The position numbers were made by a program, and so were the translations under genes. 64,000 nt of DNA from a virus (Duplodnaviria > Caudoviricetes): the IMG/VR virus record IMGVR_UViG_3300027917_004314. One strand, 5' to 3'. Every line of letters starts with the position of its first letter. Within the stretch, counting starts at the first letter, position 1. Shown piece by piece: positions 38,051 through 48,262 of this stretch. The notes beneath the pieces are model-generated. The model saw nothing but the letters and a program-made list of their open reading frames with translations. It was not told the origin of the DNA and made no database searches.

Positions 38051-39295
38051 ATGAGTGGTTTTGCCGGAAGAAGTAGCTTCTTGACTGACGCAGACGGTGC
38101 GTTTATCACTAGTTTTCAAGATGAATCTAAAGATGCATTCACTCGCCTGAGAGTTTCAAACAATCATTTGCTTTTAACATCGCAACAGACTTTTGATTCT
38201 TTACCGTTAGTATGGGATACGGAGCTAACAGGTTCTGCTTCAACGTTGTTTTTGCCAGACGAATCAACTACATCGTTGATCGTAACCGGGGATTTAGGAG
38301 ACAAAGTAATCAGACAAACAAAGCGTTATTGGCTTTATCGTGCTGGGCAAGGGCACAATATTCATATGACGTTCGGAGATGGATATCAAGCAGCCGGTAT
38401 TAGAAAACGAGTTGGGTATTTTGATGGATATAATGGAATATTTTTAGAAATCACAGAGAATGATATAGCTGTGGTATTGCGTTCATATACATCTGGTATT
38501 GTTGAAGAACGGCGTATTACACAAAAAAACTGGAATTTTGATCATTTAGATGGTACCGGTAGGAGTGGCATCACGTTAGATTTAACAAGCACCCAAATCT
38601 TTCATATTGATTTTCAATGGCTTGGAGTTGGTAGGGTACGCACCGGTTTTGATATTGGTGGTAAAACATATTATATACACATATTTGAGAACGCTAACAG
38701 ATATCCCTCTGTATACATGAGTACAGCGACACTACCTTGCCGATATGAAATAGAGGCGGTTGATGATTGTCTGGGTGGAACATTAAATCACATATGTAGT
38801 TCCGTATTCAGAGAAGGTGGTGATGAAGAAGAGGGTATTCGTACGTCAGCTACTACTGGCTTTGCGGCAACGACAGCGACAACCACGCAACGCAGTGTAT
38901 TATCCCTTCGTTTAAGAAGTTCTCATATACGTGGATTTTTACAACCAATTAACTCGTTGATCAACAATCGCGGCACTGAGAGCGTTAGATGGGACGTGGT
39001 ACTTAATCCAACGCTTGATGGCACGCTTTCCTGGATTAACATAGGACAATCCGCACAGCAATCTATAACGCAGCTAAATTATACTGCTGGTAGTGGTCAT
39101 CGTATAGCATCTGGATACGTTAATGCAGCGGTGGGGGTAGTAACAAATAAGCAGGTAGCGAACTCGGATATAAACTCCATATTGGGTGTTGCGGCAGATA
39201 TAGGAGGAACATCTGACGTTTTGTCAATAATTGTAGAGTCTTCTACTGGCAGCCAAACAATTGATGCTATTTTATCGTTTTTAGAATTATTTTAA
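38051..39295 (+). CDS. Beta-rich virion protein (DAFxRLRVS type, lectin-like)
   Basis: GGAGG RBS before ATG 38051; DAFTRLRVSN, FQWLGVGRVR motifs; 2 DGY. Confidence 0.7.
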   Translation: MSGFAGRSSFLTDADGAFITSFQDESKDAFTRLRVSNNHLLLTSQQTFDSLPLVWDTELTGSASTLFLPDESTTSLIVTGDLGDKVIRQTKRYWLYRAGQGHNIHMTFGDGYQAAGIRKRVGYFDGYNGIFLEITENDIAVVLRSYTSGIVEERRITQKNWNFDHLDGTGRSGITLDLTSTQIFHIDFQWLGVGRVRTGFDIGGKTYYIHIFENANRYPSVYMSTATLPCRYEIEAVDDCLGGTLNHICSSVFREGGDEEEGIRTSATTGFAATTATTTQRSVLSLRLRSSHIRGFLQPINSLINNRGTESVRWDVVLNPTLDGTLSWINIGQSAQQSITQLNYTAGSGHRIASGYVNAAVGVVTNKQVANSDINSILGVAADIGGTSDVLSIIVESSTGSQTIDAILSFLELF

Positions 39296-39310
39296 AATGA
39301 TATCAAAAAT

Positions 39311-39320
39311 CTATCAATAA
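39311..39320 (+). promoter_or_regulatory. Putative phage promoter motif CTATCAATAA
   Basis: Intergenic, 26 nt before ATG 39347. Confidence 0.6.
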
Positions 39321-39346
39321 CCAATCATAATTATAGGAGTTTGTGA

Positions 39347-39634
39347 ATGAGCAAATGGAATTATTTTGATGTTGTAACCGTTGACGGGTACGATTTTCCT
39401 GTTGTACCGCAAGCTAATTTTAGTTTTCTTTCTACTGCAATCAGCTTTCTAAACAGGAGTAGTTACGTCATAGAATATTCTTTTGATGGTACAACTTTAC
39501 ATGGGGATCTAAACCCTTCTGACAGTTCTAGTGGAGTAATGTGTGACAACCGTGTAGAAAGCAAAGTATGGTTTAGGGCAGTTGATGGGTATGGAGATGT
39601 AAGAGTCGAGGCTTGGGGGAACTCTGGTAGATAA
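39347..39634 (+). CDS. Small beta-sandwich virion protein
   Basis: AGGAG RBS; two DGY motifs in 95 aa. Confidence 0.7.
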   Translation: MSKWNYFDVVTVDGYDFPVVPQANFSFLSTAISFLNRSSYVIEYSFDGTTLHGDLNPSDSSSGVMCDNRVESKVWFRAVDGYGDVRVEAWGNSGR

Positions 39635-39939
39635 TGTCTTTTATTAAACGTTCAGATGGCACGACCGTTTATGCTGGCAGACACCCAACTGTACGTCCGT
39701 CATTAGCTGAGATTAGGCACGGTGGTGCTGCGACTAATGAACCAGAGAGCCCAGAAGAAAAAATGTGGCTAAAACAGGTTGTGGCAGCCATGATGCCTTT
39801 TGGTGAAGCTGCTGCTTTTGATTATTATCCAAGCGAGGAAGCGGAAATTATTTCCATGTTGTGGGGCATTTATTATAATACCTGTCCTACTGTTCGAAGA
39901 GATTTCAACGACGAATATTTTAGCCCATCAGATCATTAA
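39634..39939 (+). CDS. Hypothetical protein
   Basis: TAATG overlap; 101 aa. Confidence 0.6.
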   Translation: MSFIKRSDGTTVYAGRHPTVRPSLAEIRHGGAATNEPESPEEKMWLKQVVAAMMPFGEAAAFDYYPSEEAEIISMLWGIYYNTCPTVRRDFNDEYFSPSDH

Positions 39940-39950
39940 GAGGGAAAATA

Positions 39951-40205
39951 ATGGGGATGAAAAGCGAGAAAGAAGTTAGAGAAGGATTGATGAATCATGC
40001 GCGTCGTATTGGGGCGCAAGCTGACTTGCAACATTTATTTGACAAATGGGATAGAGCTATTGCGCTTGCCCCGGCAAACGAAAAATTAGACATGGCAAGA
40101 GCAGCAATTTTAGAAGTGCAGGCCCTTCTAGATATCCATGCCAAAGATGGGCTTACAATAAATAATGAGATAGTTATTCCTATGACGTCTAAGGAGAAGA
40201 AGTGA
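39951..40205 (+). CDS. Hypothetical protein
   Basis: GAGGG RBS; 84 aa. Confidence 0.65.
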   Translation: MGMKSEKEVREGLMNHARRIGAQADLQHLFDKWDRAIALAPANEKLDMARAAILEVQALLDIHAKDGLTINNEIVIPMTSKEKK

Positions 40206-40417
40206 GTAATTATAGTATACAAATACGCGGCAATACTATTAAAGTTGATGGACTGCCAATCAAAAGAATTCCCAAAGACAAAACGTGTATCATCGACGGT
40301 TTTTATATTGAAAATGGAAGAATTATAAAGCATGGAGTGTTTAAATTGGTCCCAAAACGAGATGGGGCAACATATATAATTACAAATAATATTATTAAAC
40401 GCACTGACGTGTGTTAA
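40202..40417 (+). CDS. Hypothetical protein
   Basis: GTGA overlap with AAGGAG RBS; 71 aa. Confidence 0.55.
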   Translation: MSNYSIQIRGNTIKVDGLPIKRIPKDKTCIIDGFYIENGRIIKHGVFKLVPKRDGATYIITNNIIKRTDVC

Positions 40418-40456
40418 AAAGTCACTATTCGAGTGGCAAAAAAAGGAGAAGGAAAA

Positions 40457-40953
40457 ATGACAGAACAAGTTAAGAATGGAGTAGTCGTTTGGTCGTAGGC
40501 CCCTTGGTGCAGTAATGTGCCAAGAGCATTGGGTGAATTGCTGGGAACCTCAGCACGTAACGGTGGTGGCAATCAGCAGCCAAGTTTGTGAAGTTTATTT
40601 AGTAGCAAAAAGGTTCAGAGACTAGAAAAGTGAGTAGAACAGCGATAATCTTTTCCACGAGCGCCCGATATCCTTTTAGGATAAAAATATAGTCCGACAC
40701 TCTAAAGAAATTTAGAGATCTGGTTTAAACGTCCAGAGCAACAGATGTTAACGACAAAAGAGGAATTGGATTTATTAAGCCTGATGCTGGAGATGATGAC
40801 ATGTTTGTCCATTTCAGCAACATCGTCGGTGAGCCAGGTAAGTTTAAGTCTTTGACCGCCGGTCAGAGAGTATCTTTTACTATCGGAGCCAACAATAAGG
40901 GTCCTCAGGCAGAAAACGTAGTAATTCTAGAAGAACCAAGTACGGAAGTATAA
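40457..40953 (+). CDS. csp: Cold-shock domain protein, spliced: join(40457..40493,40748..40953), 80 aa
   Basis: AGGAG RBS; splicing restores NGVVVW-F-NDKRGIGFI (RNP1) and DMFVHFS (RNP2), GQRVSF, KGPQAENV. Confidence 0.92.
40494..40747 (+). ncRNA. ORF-less group I self-splicing intron (254 nt) in the csp gene
   Basis: Follows exon U, ends in G; P GAATTGCTGGGAA, Q AATCAGCAGCC, R GGTTCAGAGACTA, S AATATAGTCC; GNRA-capped hairpins CTTGGTGCA-GTAA-TGTGCCAAG and CTCTAAA-GAAA-TTTAGAG. Confidence 0.93.
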
Positions 40954-40974
40954 TCAAAAGGAATTTTTGCAAAC

Positions 40975-41439
40975 ATGCCGAGATATAGAGCTGTGCACCA
41001 CAAGAAGCGGGAGCCAGAACGAGATAGGTACATATTACGGAATACTTCTAAGTATGATATTAACCTGGGTGATTTAAGGTACAAGATCCCTGCTGGGCAA
41101 GCTAGAGACTTATTGTCGCCAACAGCACATCTAGAACTTGAAGATATTATGTTATCCGTAGCTTCTGGATCTATTAGCAAAAGGCTAGGGAAAACCCTGA
41201 TTGTAGCATACAGCACTTTAACACCAGCTCCGCCTTCATATGAGGAGGCGGAGCCCTCTCGTGTATCATTTCCACAAAGGATCAAGTCTTCTATTATATT
41301 GGGTGTTGGCGATGTAGATGAAGAAATCAAAAGCCTTATATTGTCTGAAGACGAAGAATATCTTAAAAAACTAGAAGAAGGTGATCTGTTTGATGGCAGT
41401 GAAGTGGCGCCTATCATAGCCAAGGGGGAAGATTCATAA
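40975..41439 (+). CDS. Hypothetical protein
   Basis: 154-aa ORF, AAGGA upstream, TAATG overlap with next gene. Confidence 0.7.
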   Translation: MPRYRAVHHKKREPERDRYILRNTSKYDINLGDLRYKIPAGQARDLLSPTAHLELEDIMLSVASGSISKRLGKTLIVAYSTLTPAPPSYEEAEPSRVSFPQRIKSSIILGVGDVDEEIKSLILSEDEEYLKKLEEGDLFDGSEVAPIIAKGEDS

Positions 41440-41756
41440 TGTTAAGACCCAAAAAAATCTGTGAAATTTGTAGTTTCCCGAAAAGCAATGTATTGCACAG
41501 GCACCACATTGTTCCTAGACAAGACGAAAGATGCACCAATTCGGACGGCAATTTAGCTATATTATGCCCCACTTGTCATTCTTTGGTACATTCGGGACAT
41601 TTTGTTATTATTGGTGTATATCCATCTACAAGTGGGCAACAGCTTGTGTGGTTTAAAAATGGCGAGGAGCCGCCGTTTCCAAAAGAATTTTGGTTTATTA
41701 AGGAAAATCCACTGGTTAAAACGTTAAAAGGCGACGAGGATGATCTGCCAGACTAA
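41439..41756 (+). CDS. Free-standing HNH endonuclease
   Basis: CEIC..LHRHHIVP..NLAILCPTCHSLVH, intact HNH residues. Confidence 0.85.
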   Translation: MLRPKKICEICSFPKSNVLHRHHIVPRQDERCTNSDGNLAILCPTCHSLVHSGHFVIIGVYPSTSGQQLVWFKNGEEPPFPKEFWFIKENPLVKTLKGDEDDLPD

Positions 41757-41765
41757 GGAGAAAAA

Positions 41766-42047
41766 ATGGAAGAAAACCGTAAAGTTATTGAATTGACTCA
41801 GGAAGAAGAGGAAAATATAAGGACGATTTTAACGCTTATAGAGAAGCAAAAAGCGGCTCTCGGCGTATTGCGTCGTCAATATTTAGATTCTGAAAAGAAA
41901 TTATTTGAGGCATTAGAGAAGGCCGAGTCTGATTATGTTTCGCATGTTAATATGCTTTCTAAGATGAAGAAAGTACCTACCTCAGACGAAAGATGGGTGT
42001 TCGACCCCTCCGCCTGCGTCTTCAGAAAAATAGAAGATAATCAGTAG
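41766..42047 (+). CDS. Small coiled-coil protein
   Basis: AAGGAG RBS; heptad pattern. Confidence 0.7.
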   Translation: MEENRKVIELTQEEEENIRTILTLIEKQKAALGVLRRQYLDSEKKLFEALEKAESDYVSHVNMLSKMKKVPTSDERWVFDPSACVFRKIEDNQ

Positions 42048-42074
42048 ATTAGCTGCCCTCCAAAACTCTTCTAT

Positions 42075-42084
42075 CTATTAATAA
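42075..42084 (+). promoter_or_regulatory. Putative phage promoter motif CTATTAATAA
   Basis: In the AT-rich intergenic gap before the fibre/appendage block. Confidence 0.55.
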
Positions 42085-42195
42085 ATACTTATTATTTGTG
42101 ATAGCTCTTCGTTTGTATATCAATTAGATGTACAAATGTCATTATTATCTATGTGTTTGATAATATTAGATAAACCTATCATTTGGGGAATATAG

Positions 42196-42699
42196 ATGCA
42201 CAGGGAATGCGGTGATTGCACGGTATGTTGTTATGTTGGTGGCGTACCAGAGCTTGGAAAGCCTGCACATAAAAAGTGCTGCTATGAGAACAAAGGATGT
42301 TCTATTTACAATAGTCGAGAACGCCCGTCAATTTGTAATAATTTTCAGTGCGCTTGGTTACGTGGTATAGGGTCAGAGAATGATAGGCCTGATATCAACG
42401 GCGTAATGTGTTCTGATAATTTTTTAAATGGTGGCCATTGGGTTTTTGTGATTGAATTGATTCCTGAGGCGGCAACTACTAGCGGGTTATCAATGGTAAA
42501 ACAGCTTGTAGAATGTTTTGATATTCCAGTAATAATTTCTAACTACGATTCTATACCCCCGAATGATACTGGTGACCGCGTAATAATTAAAGATTCACTA
42601 AAAACAAGATCTAAGAAATTAATGGGAGAATTGATTCAATACCTAGACGATGATAAAGTTATGGGTATTTATAAGTTAACAAATGGCAGTAACTTTTGA
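42196..42699 (+). CDS. CxxCxxCC (YkgJ-like) metal-cluster protein
   Basis: RECGDCTVCC..KCC..GCSIY..RPSICNNFQCAW. Confidence 0.75.
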   Translation: MHRECGDCTVCCYVGGVPELGKPAHKKCCYENKGCSIYNSRERPSICNNFQCAWLRGIGSENDRPDINGVMCSDNFLNGGHWVFVIELIPEAATTSGLSMVKQLVECFDIPVIISNYDSIPPNDTGDRVIIKDSLKTRSKKLMGELIQYLDDDKVMGIYKLTNGSNF

Positions 42700-44848
42700 T
42701 GGGGAAAGAATTGCAGATGCCGAAGTATCGAACCCAACAACTCCGGTGCCTGGTTTGTGGGAAGATGTTGGCGGCGGCGCTGCAACCGAGGAAACAGACT
42801 TTTTTTACCAGGGTAGCGGTTCTATATCGGAGCAGGTGAAAGCAGCTGAGTTCGGCATTTGTTTTATCCCAAGTGCTTTGACATATGACGCAGGCGGGTA
42901 CTTTTTCCTGCTGAAAGGAATTGTTACCACAAGCGGTTTGCTTGAGACAGCACGCATTAATGGTCAAAAATTTGAAATTGGATCTGGAGCCACTGCGGGA
43001 TCAGGCAAACCTACTAATTATCATCAATGGTATACATATGTTCAAAGCACATATCCGCCTACTACCAGTTGGATTATACATTTGTTTGATGTAAATGAAA
43101 TAGGTTTTATTGATAATACAAATGGCACAGTATCGGCATCTGCAATTAATTACTGGGGCGAAGTGGCTACAATGACCGGGAATGTTAAGTCACAGAATGT
43201 AGCAATGGACGCAATTGAATATATTGGGGTAGGAAAAGGATTAACGTGGAGCGGAGCTAACGGTGAATTTGCAGATTTTACAGACTTTGACGAGGGCACA
43301 ACAAGTAATAGATATGGAATTATAACTACCAAGGGTGGCGTTTTATATGTGCTGGGTACGCTAACCATTGGCAGCTCAACAGCTACATCTTTTGTTGACT
43401 CCAATCAGAAACTTATTTTTCCATGGACATATGTTGGCGAGGGAGCGCTTGGCGTTACATTTGATTTACAAAACGCCTCTACTGATATTGACTTAAGTGT
43501 ATGTTCATTTACTGGTAATGGACAATCTTCGGTCAAAAAGTTTTTTGATACATATTTACAAGTTGATGCCGGCAACGATGACATCACAGTACCATTTCAT
43601 GGTTGGGAAACAGGAGATTATGTAGAATATTCTGATGAATATGGGACGCATAATATAGGTCTTACCGACGGAAGTAGTTATTGGGTATATGTAATAGACG
43701 ATAGTACAGTAGCTATTCATTCGTCAAGATCTAATGCTTTTTCTGACACTTCGCGAGTTGATTTATCGATTGGTGCGGATCCTGGGGAAAATCATTCTCT
43801 GACACGTCAACCTGATAATAGAATAGATTTCACTGTCAGCGATAACGACGGATCATTAGACCTAGCTTCGTGCATTATAGAAGGTGTGCGCAATATGACG
43901 TTGACGTCAGCATGCTCCATTACTAGTGGATTTATCCAAAACATTGGTAATATTGATGCATCAACGGCAACTATAACAGGTGTCTCTATTAGTGATGCCA
44001 CGCTTTCAGAGGGTGTTGCTTTATTTAGCCCTCTAACAACATTGAGTAATATTACAGAATGTGAATTTACCTCGGATGGATATGGGCACGCCTTTGAGTT
44101 GATATCTACTGGTTCTACTGATTCGAATGCCAATGAGTATAGTGGCTATTGGACACCAACAATTAGTGGAGATTCTTATGGTTGGGAATTTGCTACAGAT
44201 ACTGGTGTAGACGATAGTACAGATATTATTACAACTAATGCTGCACACGGATTTGCAACCGGGGATGCGGTATATTATAACGACGAAGGTGGCACCGATT
44301 CTATAGGTTTAACAGACGGATATAAATACTATGTTAATGTTGCCAGCAGCACCACTTTTAGTGTGCATAATACTAGAGCTGCAGCAGTTGCAGGGACGCA
44401 AAAAATTGACCTGATCGATGGTTATGGTGAAACACACGCTGTATATTCTAGTAATGCCACACTCTATAATAATTCCGGCGGCTCTGTAACTATTAATGTA
44501 TTAAATGACGGCGATTCCCCCAGCGTAAGAAATGGTACTGGCGCTTCAACCTCTGTTGTAAACACAAAAACTCTAACAGTTACATGTTTAAATGCTTCTG
44601 GAAATGGCATCGAAAACGTCCGCGTAAGGATTGAAGCTTTGGCAGACGGATCTCTTATTAGTGAAGGATATACGAATGCCAGCGGCGTATATCAGGACAC
44701 TTCTTACAGCTTTACAGTTGAGGTTAATGTTAAGATAAAGGCCAGACTTAAAGGGTTTAAATTTAATGAGGCATCAGATACTATTACTGCAGGTGGATTG
44801 TCTGTGCCTTTTACAATGATTAAAGATACGGCAGTTGATCTGCCATAA
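42683..44848 (+). CDS. Virion appendage/fibre-like protein with two HG..TGD.V.Y..IGL.DG..Y.V repeats
   Basis: Thr/Ser/Gly/Asp-rich beta protein; duplicated small beta domain; C-terminal Ig/prealbumin-like domain; 3 DGY. Confidence 0.65.
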   Translation: MAVTFDGERIADAEVSNPTTPVPGLWEDVGGGAATEETDFFYQGSGSISEQVKAAEFGICFIPSALTYDAGGYFFLLKGIVTTSGLLETARINGQKFEIGSGATAGSGKPTNYHQWYTYVQSTYPPTTSWIIHLFDVNEIGFIDNTNGTVSASAINYWGEVATMTGNVKSQNVAMDAIEYIGVGKGLTWSGANGEFADFTDFDEGTTSNRYGIITTKGGVLYVLGTLTIGSSTATSFVDSNQKLIFPWTYVGEGALGVTFDLQNASTDIDLSVCSFTGNGQSSVKKFFDTYLQVDAGNDDITVPFHGWETGDYVEYSDEYGTHNIGLTDGSSYWVYVIDDSTVAIHSSRSNAFSDTSRVDLSIGADPGENHSLTRQPDNRIDFTVSDNDGSLDLASCIIEGVRNMTLTSACSITSGFIQNIGNIDASTATITGVSISDATLSEGVALFSPLTTLSNITECEFTSDGYGHAFELISTGSTDSNANEYSGYWTPTISGDSYGWEFATDTGVDDSTDIITTNAAHGFATGDAVYYNDEGGTDSIGLTDGYKYYVNVASSTTFSVHNTRAAAVAGTQKIDLIDGYGETHAVYSSNATLYNNSGGSVTINVLNDGDSPSVRNGTGASTSVVNTKTLTVTCLNASGNGIENVRVRIEALADGSLISEGYTNASGVYQDTSYSFTVEVNVKIKARLKGFKFNEASDTITAGGLSVPFTMIKDTAVDLP

Positions 44849-44865
44849 AATGTTTGGAGGGGCAT

Positions 44866-45153
44866 ATGCATTCAAAAATAGTGAGTGCTGCTATTTGTCC
44901 ATCGTGTGGTGTTGAAGTAGAAAATTATAAATGTCGTTTGTGTGGGGCTAGGTTGACCATTAATAGTGTTTCTGGGAATGCTATATGGATGCGAAATGGA
45001 CGAGTTGTATCAGCATTTAAAGACGAGAAAAAGGCTTATGTGGAAATGGCTAAAAGATATGGCATACCAGAAGAGAGGTGGCCAGAAAGATTTAGGTCAA
45101 GCAGTGAAGATCCCGAGGCATCATTAGATAAAGATGCCTCAGATAAAGAATAA
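44866..45153 (+). CDS. Zinc-ribbon protein
   Basis: GGAGG RBS; CPSC..CRLC. Confidence 0.7.
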   Translation: MHSKIVSAAICPSCGVEVENYKCRLCGARLTINSVSGNAIWMRNGRVVSAFKDEKKAYVEMAKRYGIPEERWPERFRSSSEDPEASLDKDASDKE

Positions 45154-45197
45154 TATTCGGGCAAAATGATTTGTCCAAATAACGGAGGATTTATGGA

Positions 45198-48100
45198 ATG
45201 GCTATATCTGATGATTGGGATTTTAATTTCAGCGACAAGGTTATAAGTCATATTGATGGTTATCTAAAATATGATGGAGGTTCAGGAACTGCACCAGTTG
45301 TTGGTGATATGGTAATAGGTAACACGAGCGGAGCCATTGGTAAGGTTTTACAAATTGATGGCGGTCTTCCCGCAGGCGGCCTGACGTTAACCAACACAGT
45401 GGGGTTGTTCCAAGACGATGAAACTTTAGACATTTTAAGTTATGTTGACTTTTATGGAGTTGGCAATGGTGGATTTGCGGTTGGAGATACCATTGTTGAT
45501 CAGGTATCTGGAAGTATAGATGTAAAATTTATTGAATATAATATAGGAACTTCGGAAGGTGGGTCTACTGCCGGCTTCGGGAGAATGTATGGCAACAACA
45601 TGTCTCTATTCACTCACTATTCACCACTTGATATTAGTGGCGGTACTTCATCAGTCGCAATAGCATATGGTATAGGTGAAGATAAAGATGGGTATTTGAC
45701 GGCAGATGTCAACGAAACCCTTGAAGTCCCCGGCACGCCAAACACAAACAATTGTATTATTCTACATTATGAGAATGGTACTATAGCGATCCCAGAAGAT
45801 GCTCGCATCTCTGATGGATATGATGCCGAAGGTTTTGCACAAGCAGTGTTTGGGTCAACGGTTATTGGTTCCATTCGCGTAATTGATAGTGACACAACTG
45901 CCGGAGTTTGGGATGATGGGTATGAACTAACAATAGAGGATGTTGTATTTTATGATAACTTGGTAGCTGGTAAAGTGTTTTCTGCTGGAGACGTTGTAAA
46001 AGGTGATACGTCTGGTGCAAAGGGCAGGGTTTTATCTGTCATCACAGATTCCGGTACTACAGGTAAATTAATTCTTGCTAACAAGTCTGGCACGTGGGAT
46101 CATACAACGCCCGATAATATACAGGTTTTGCAGGCAGACGATACATATCTCTCGTATGCCGAAGTAGCCAATAACACATTCACGTTGTACGCGGCCGATA
46201 TCAATATACCAAATGGTGTACGTGATACGCAACGAGAAGATCAAGGTGGTATATATGGGCCAGGCTCATTAAATATTGTAAGATCTGCAAATGCTTTATA
46301 TTCATATGCAATGGATTTGTTTGATGAATTGGCCCAATTGGATGATGACCCAGCATTTGAAGGTAACGTTAGGGATCAGTTATATACAGTTCTAAATAAT
46401 TATGTTATCCCAGATCTCAGCTTTAGGTTTTTAGAAAAAGGGTCTTTTAAGGACACGGGTAACAACAACATATTCACAAATATTCAAACAACGGGCGCTA
46501 TCGCTGATATTAGAGACAATGCATACTTCTATAACACAACTAACCCAACTCCGCAGCCGGATATGTATGTGGAACAAGACGGGGTGGTTGTACGACAAGA
46601 TTGGCTGGAAGGAAATCTTAACATTCTGCTAAAAACCAAGACATCTACAGATCCTAAATATATTGATCCGGCCGTTGAAGCCCTGGGCCAAGTAATTGAC
46701 GGCGGTGCTTTTACTGTTCACGTCAGGCCATATCGTCGTACATATGACTCTAACGAAGTTACACAGATTGGTGGTATCGCTGTTGTGGCTCTTGGTAATG
46801 CTGTAGACTTGAACAACACTACTGGGCAATATTCAGTTTCTTTTACAAGCGGTGTTGGAACTCCATTTACTGTTGGGGAAGAGGCAACTACGACCGATGG
46901 TAAAAGAATTGTTATAGTTACAAGTGATACTGGGGCAAGTGGTGATGTGACCTATGTTCTTAAATCAGACACCAATTTGGTTAATACGGACGTTTTTACG
47001 GGGGTGGTAAGTGGCGCTTATGCAACCGCAAGCACTCCGACTACGCTTGTGGCTGGATATGATGAAGATATTCGTGTTATGGTTGTACAACGTCGTTTCA
47101 CTGGCGGCACAACTAGTAGCGGCCCATTCGTTTATGGGGAGTGGATACAACAACTCGCGTCCGGTGCTGACGGATATTTTATGGAAGATGATAGTGGTAC
47201 AATATATATTGAAGAAAGTAACGGGACATTTACTGGAACAGACACTCTAACAGGATATATATCTGGAGCTACAAATACTCCGACTGCCACTGCGGCATAT
47301 TCTACTGTTCCAAAAGATATTGGTGGTGGTGTTGGTGATAAGAATTATACGGCCGTTGTTTCTGCTGATGTTACTGATGCCGATCCTCAAACTGTCGCGA
47401 ATGTATATGAGTGGTGGAAATTTATCACAAGAAAAGAGGCAAGCAACTATCAGGTAAAAACTGCTGGCGGACTATATACTGCATACACGCCAGGTAATAT
47501 TTATCGTAGGTTACAGTCGACATTCGCTGAAGTGCGTGGCGCGTCGCCGTTCGGCGTTAAGGCTGGTGCTCTTGTTATTGGTGCCCAGGGTGTGTTCATC
47601 CAAAAAGAAACACTTGACCCGAATGACATTCGTTCCATCCAGTTGACGGACAATCTCGGTAATGTTTATGATCCTCCGAACTTGCAAGCCTTGGTTGTAA
47701 CTAACATTACATCCGGCGTTCGCGTGGCTGTATATCGCTCAACTGGTGTTGGCAACGAAGACATTTTGCGTACCGAATTCGCTGTTGGGTCGGTAGGCAC
47801 ACATAATCAGTCATCTGATAGTACTGTTCTTGTAAAAGCTAATACAAGATCTGTTAGCCCGTTACCTTCAGATATACCAGACGAGGGAGTTTTAAGAGTG
47901 CTGGATCCAAGCGATACAGGGAATTATTTAAGATTTCCATATAGTTCTGTAGACAGAACAACTAATGTTTTTACATTAACTGCTGGCACAATTGGAGATG
48001 TAACAGGAGGTGTAGACTTAGTTGAGGATGATAACGTTCATGTGGTTTTGATCGAAGAAGAATCTACAGGCACTTCGGTTTCTAATACAATTCAATATGT

Positions 48101-48233
48101 AGCCAATATCCCATTGTTTGTAAGAGCCCGAATTAAAGGTAAGGTGCCATTCAAGACGACTTCTACGTTCACCACAATCGGTGCTTCTGTCGGCGCCGTT
48201 CTGAACCCAGATACTGTTGTAAATCTGCCGTAA
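45198..48233 (+). CDS. Large beta-rich virion structural protein
   Basis: GGAGG RBS; internal G..F.VG(D/E)..G..SGA repeats; 5 DGY. Confidence 0.7.
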   Translation: MAISDDWDFNFSDKVISHIDGYLKYDGGSGTAPVVGDMVIGNTSGAIGKVLQIDGGLPAGGLTLTNTVGLFQDDETLDILSYVDFYGVGNGGFAVGDTIVDQVSGSIDVKFIEYNIGTSEGGSTAGFGRMYGNNMSLFTHYSPLDISGGTSSVAIAYGIGEDKDGYLTADVNETLEVPGTPNTNNCIILHYENGTIAIPEDARISDGYDAEGFAQAVFGSTVIGSIRVIDSDTTAGVWDDGYELTIEDVVFYDNLVAGKVFSAGDVVKGDTSGAKGRVLSVITDSGTTGKLILANKSGTWDHTTPDNIQVLQADDTYLSYAEVANNTFTLYAADINIPNGVRDTQREDQGGIYGPGSLNIVRSANALYSYAMDLFDELAQLDDDPAFEGNVRDQLYTVLNNYVIPDLSFRFLEKGSFKDTGNNNIFTNIQTTGAIADIRDNAYFYNTTNPTPQPDMYVEQDGVVVRQDWLEGNLNILLKTKTSTDPKYIDPAVEALGQVIDGGAFTVHVRPYRRTYDSNEVTQIGGIAVVALGNAVDLNNTTGQYSVSFTSGVGTPFTVGEEATTTDGKRIVIVTSDTGASGDVTYVLKSDTNLVNTDVFTGVVSGAYATASTPTTLVAGYDEDIRVMVVQRRFTGGTTSSGPFVYGEWIQQLASGADGYFMEDDSGTIYIEESNGTFTGTDTLTGYISGATNTPTATAAYSTVPKDIGGGVGDKNYTAVVSADVTDADPQTVANVYEWWKFITRKEASNYQVKTAGGLYTAYTPGNIYRRLQSTFAEVRGASPFGVKAGALVIGAQGVFIQKETLDPNDIRSIQLTDNLGNVYDPPNLQALVVTNITSGVRVAVYRSTGVGNEDILRTEFAVGSVGTHNQSSDSTVLVKANTRSVSPLPSDIPDEGVLRVLDPSDTGNYLRFPYSSVDRTTNVFTLTAGTIGDVTGGVDLVEDDNVHVVLIEEESTGTSVSNTIQYVANIPLFVRARIKGKVPFKTTSTFTTIGASVGAVLNPDTVVNLP

Positions 48234-48262
48234 GTTGGCTCATTTAATGTGAAGGAAGTACT

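Noticed and set aside
40801-40953. Csp as a truncated pseudogene starting at ATG 40801
   Set aside because: An upstream exon with RBS and a complete group I core restore the full domain in frame.
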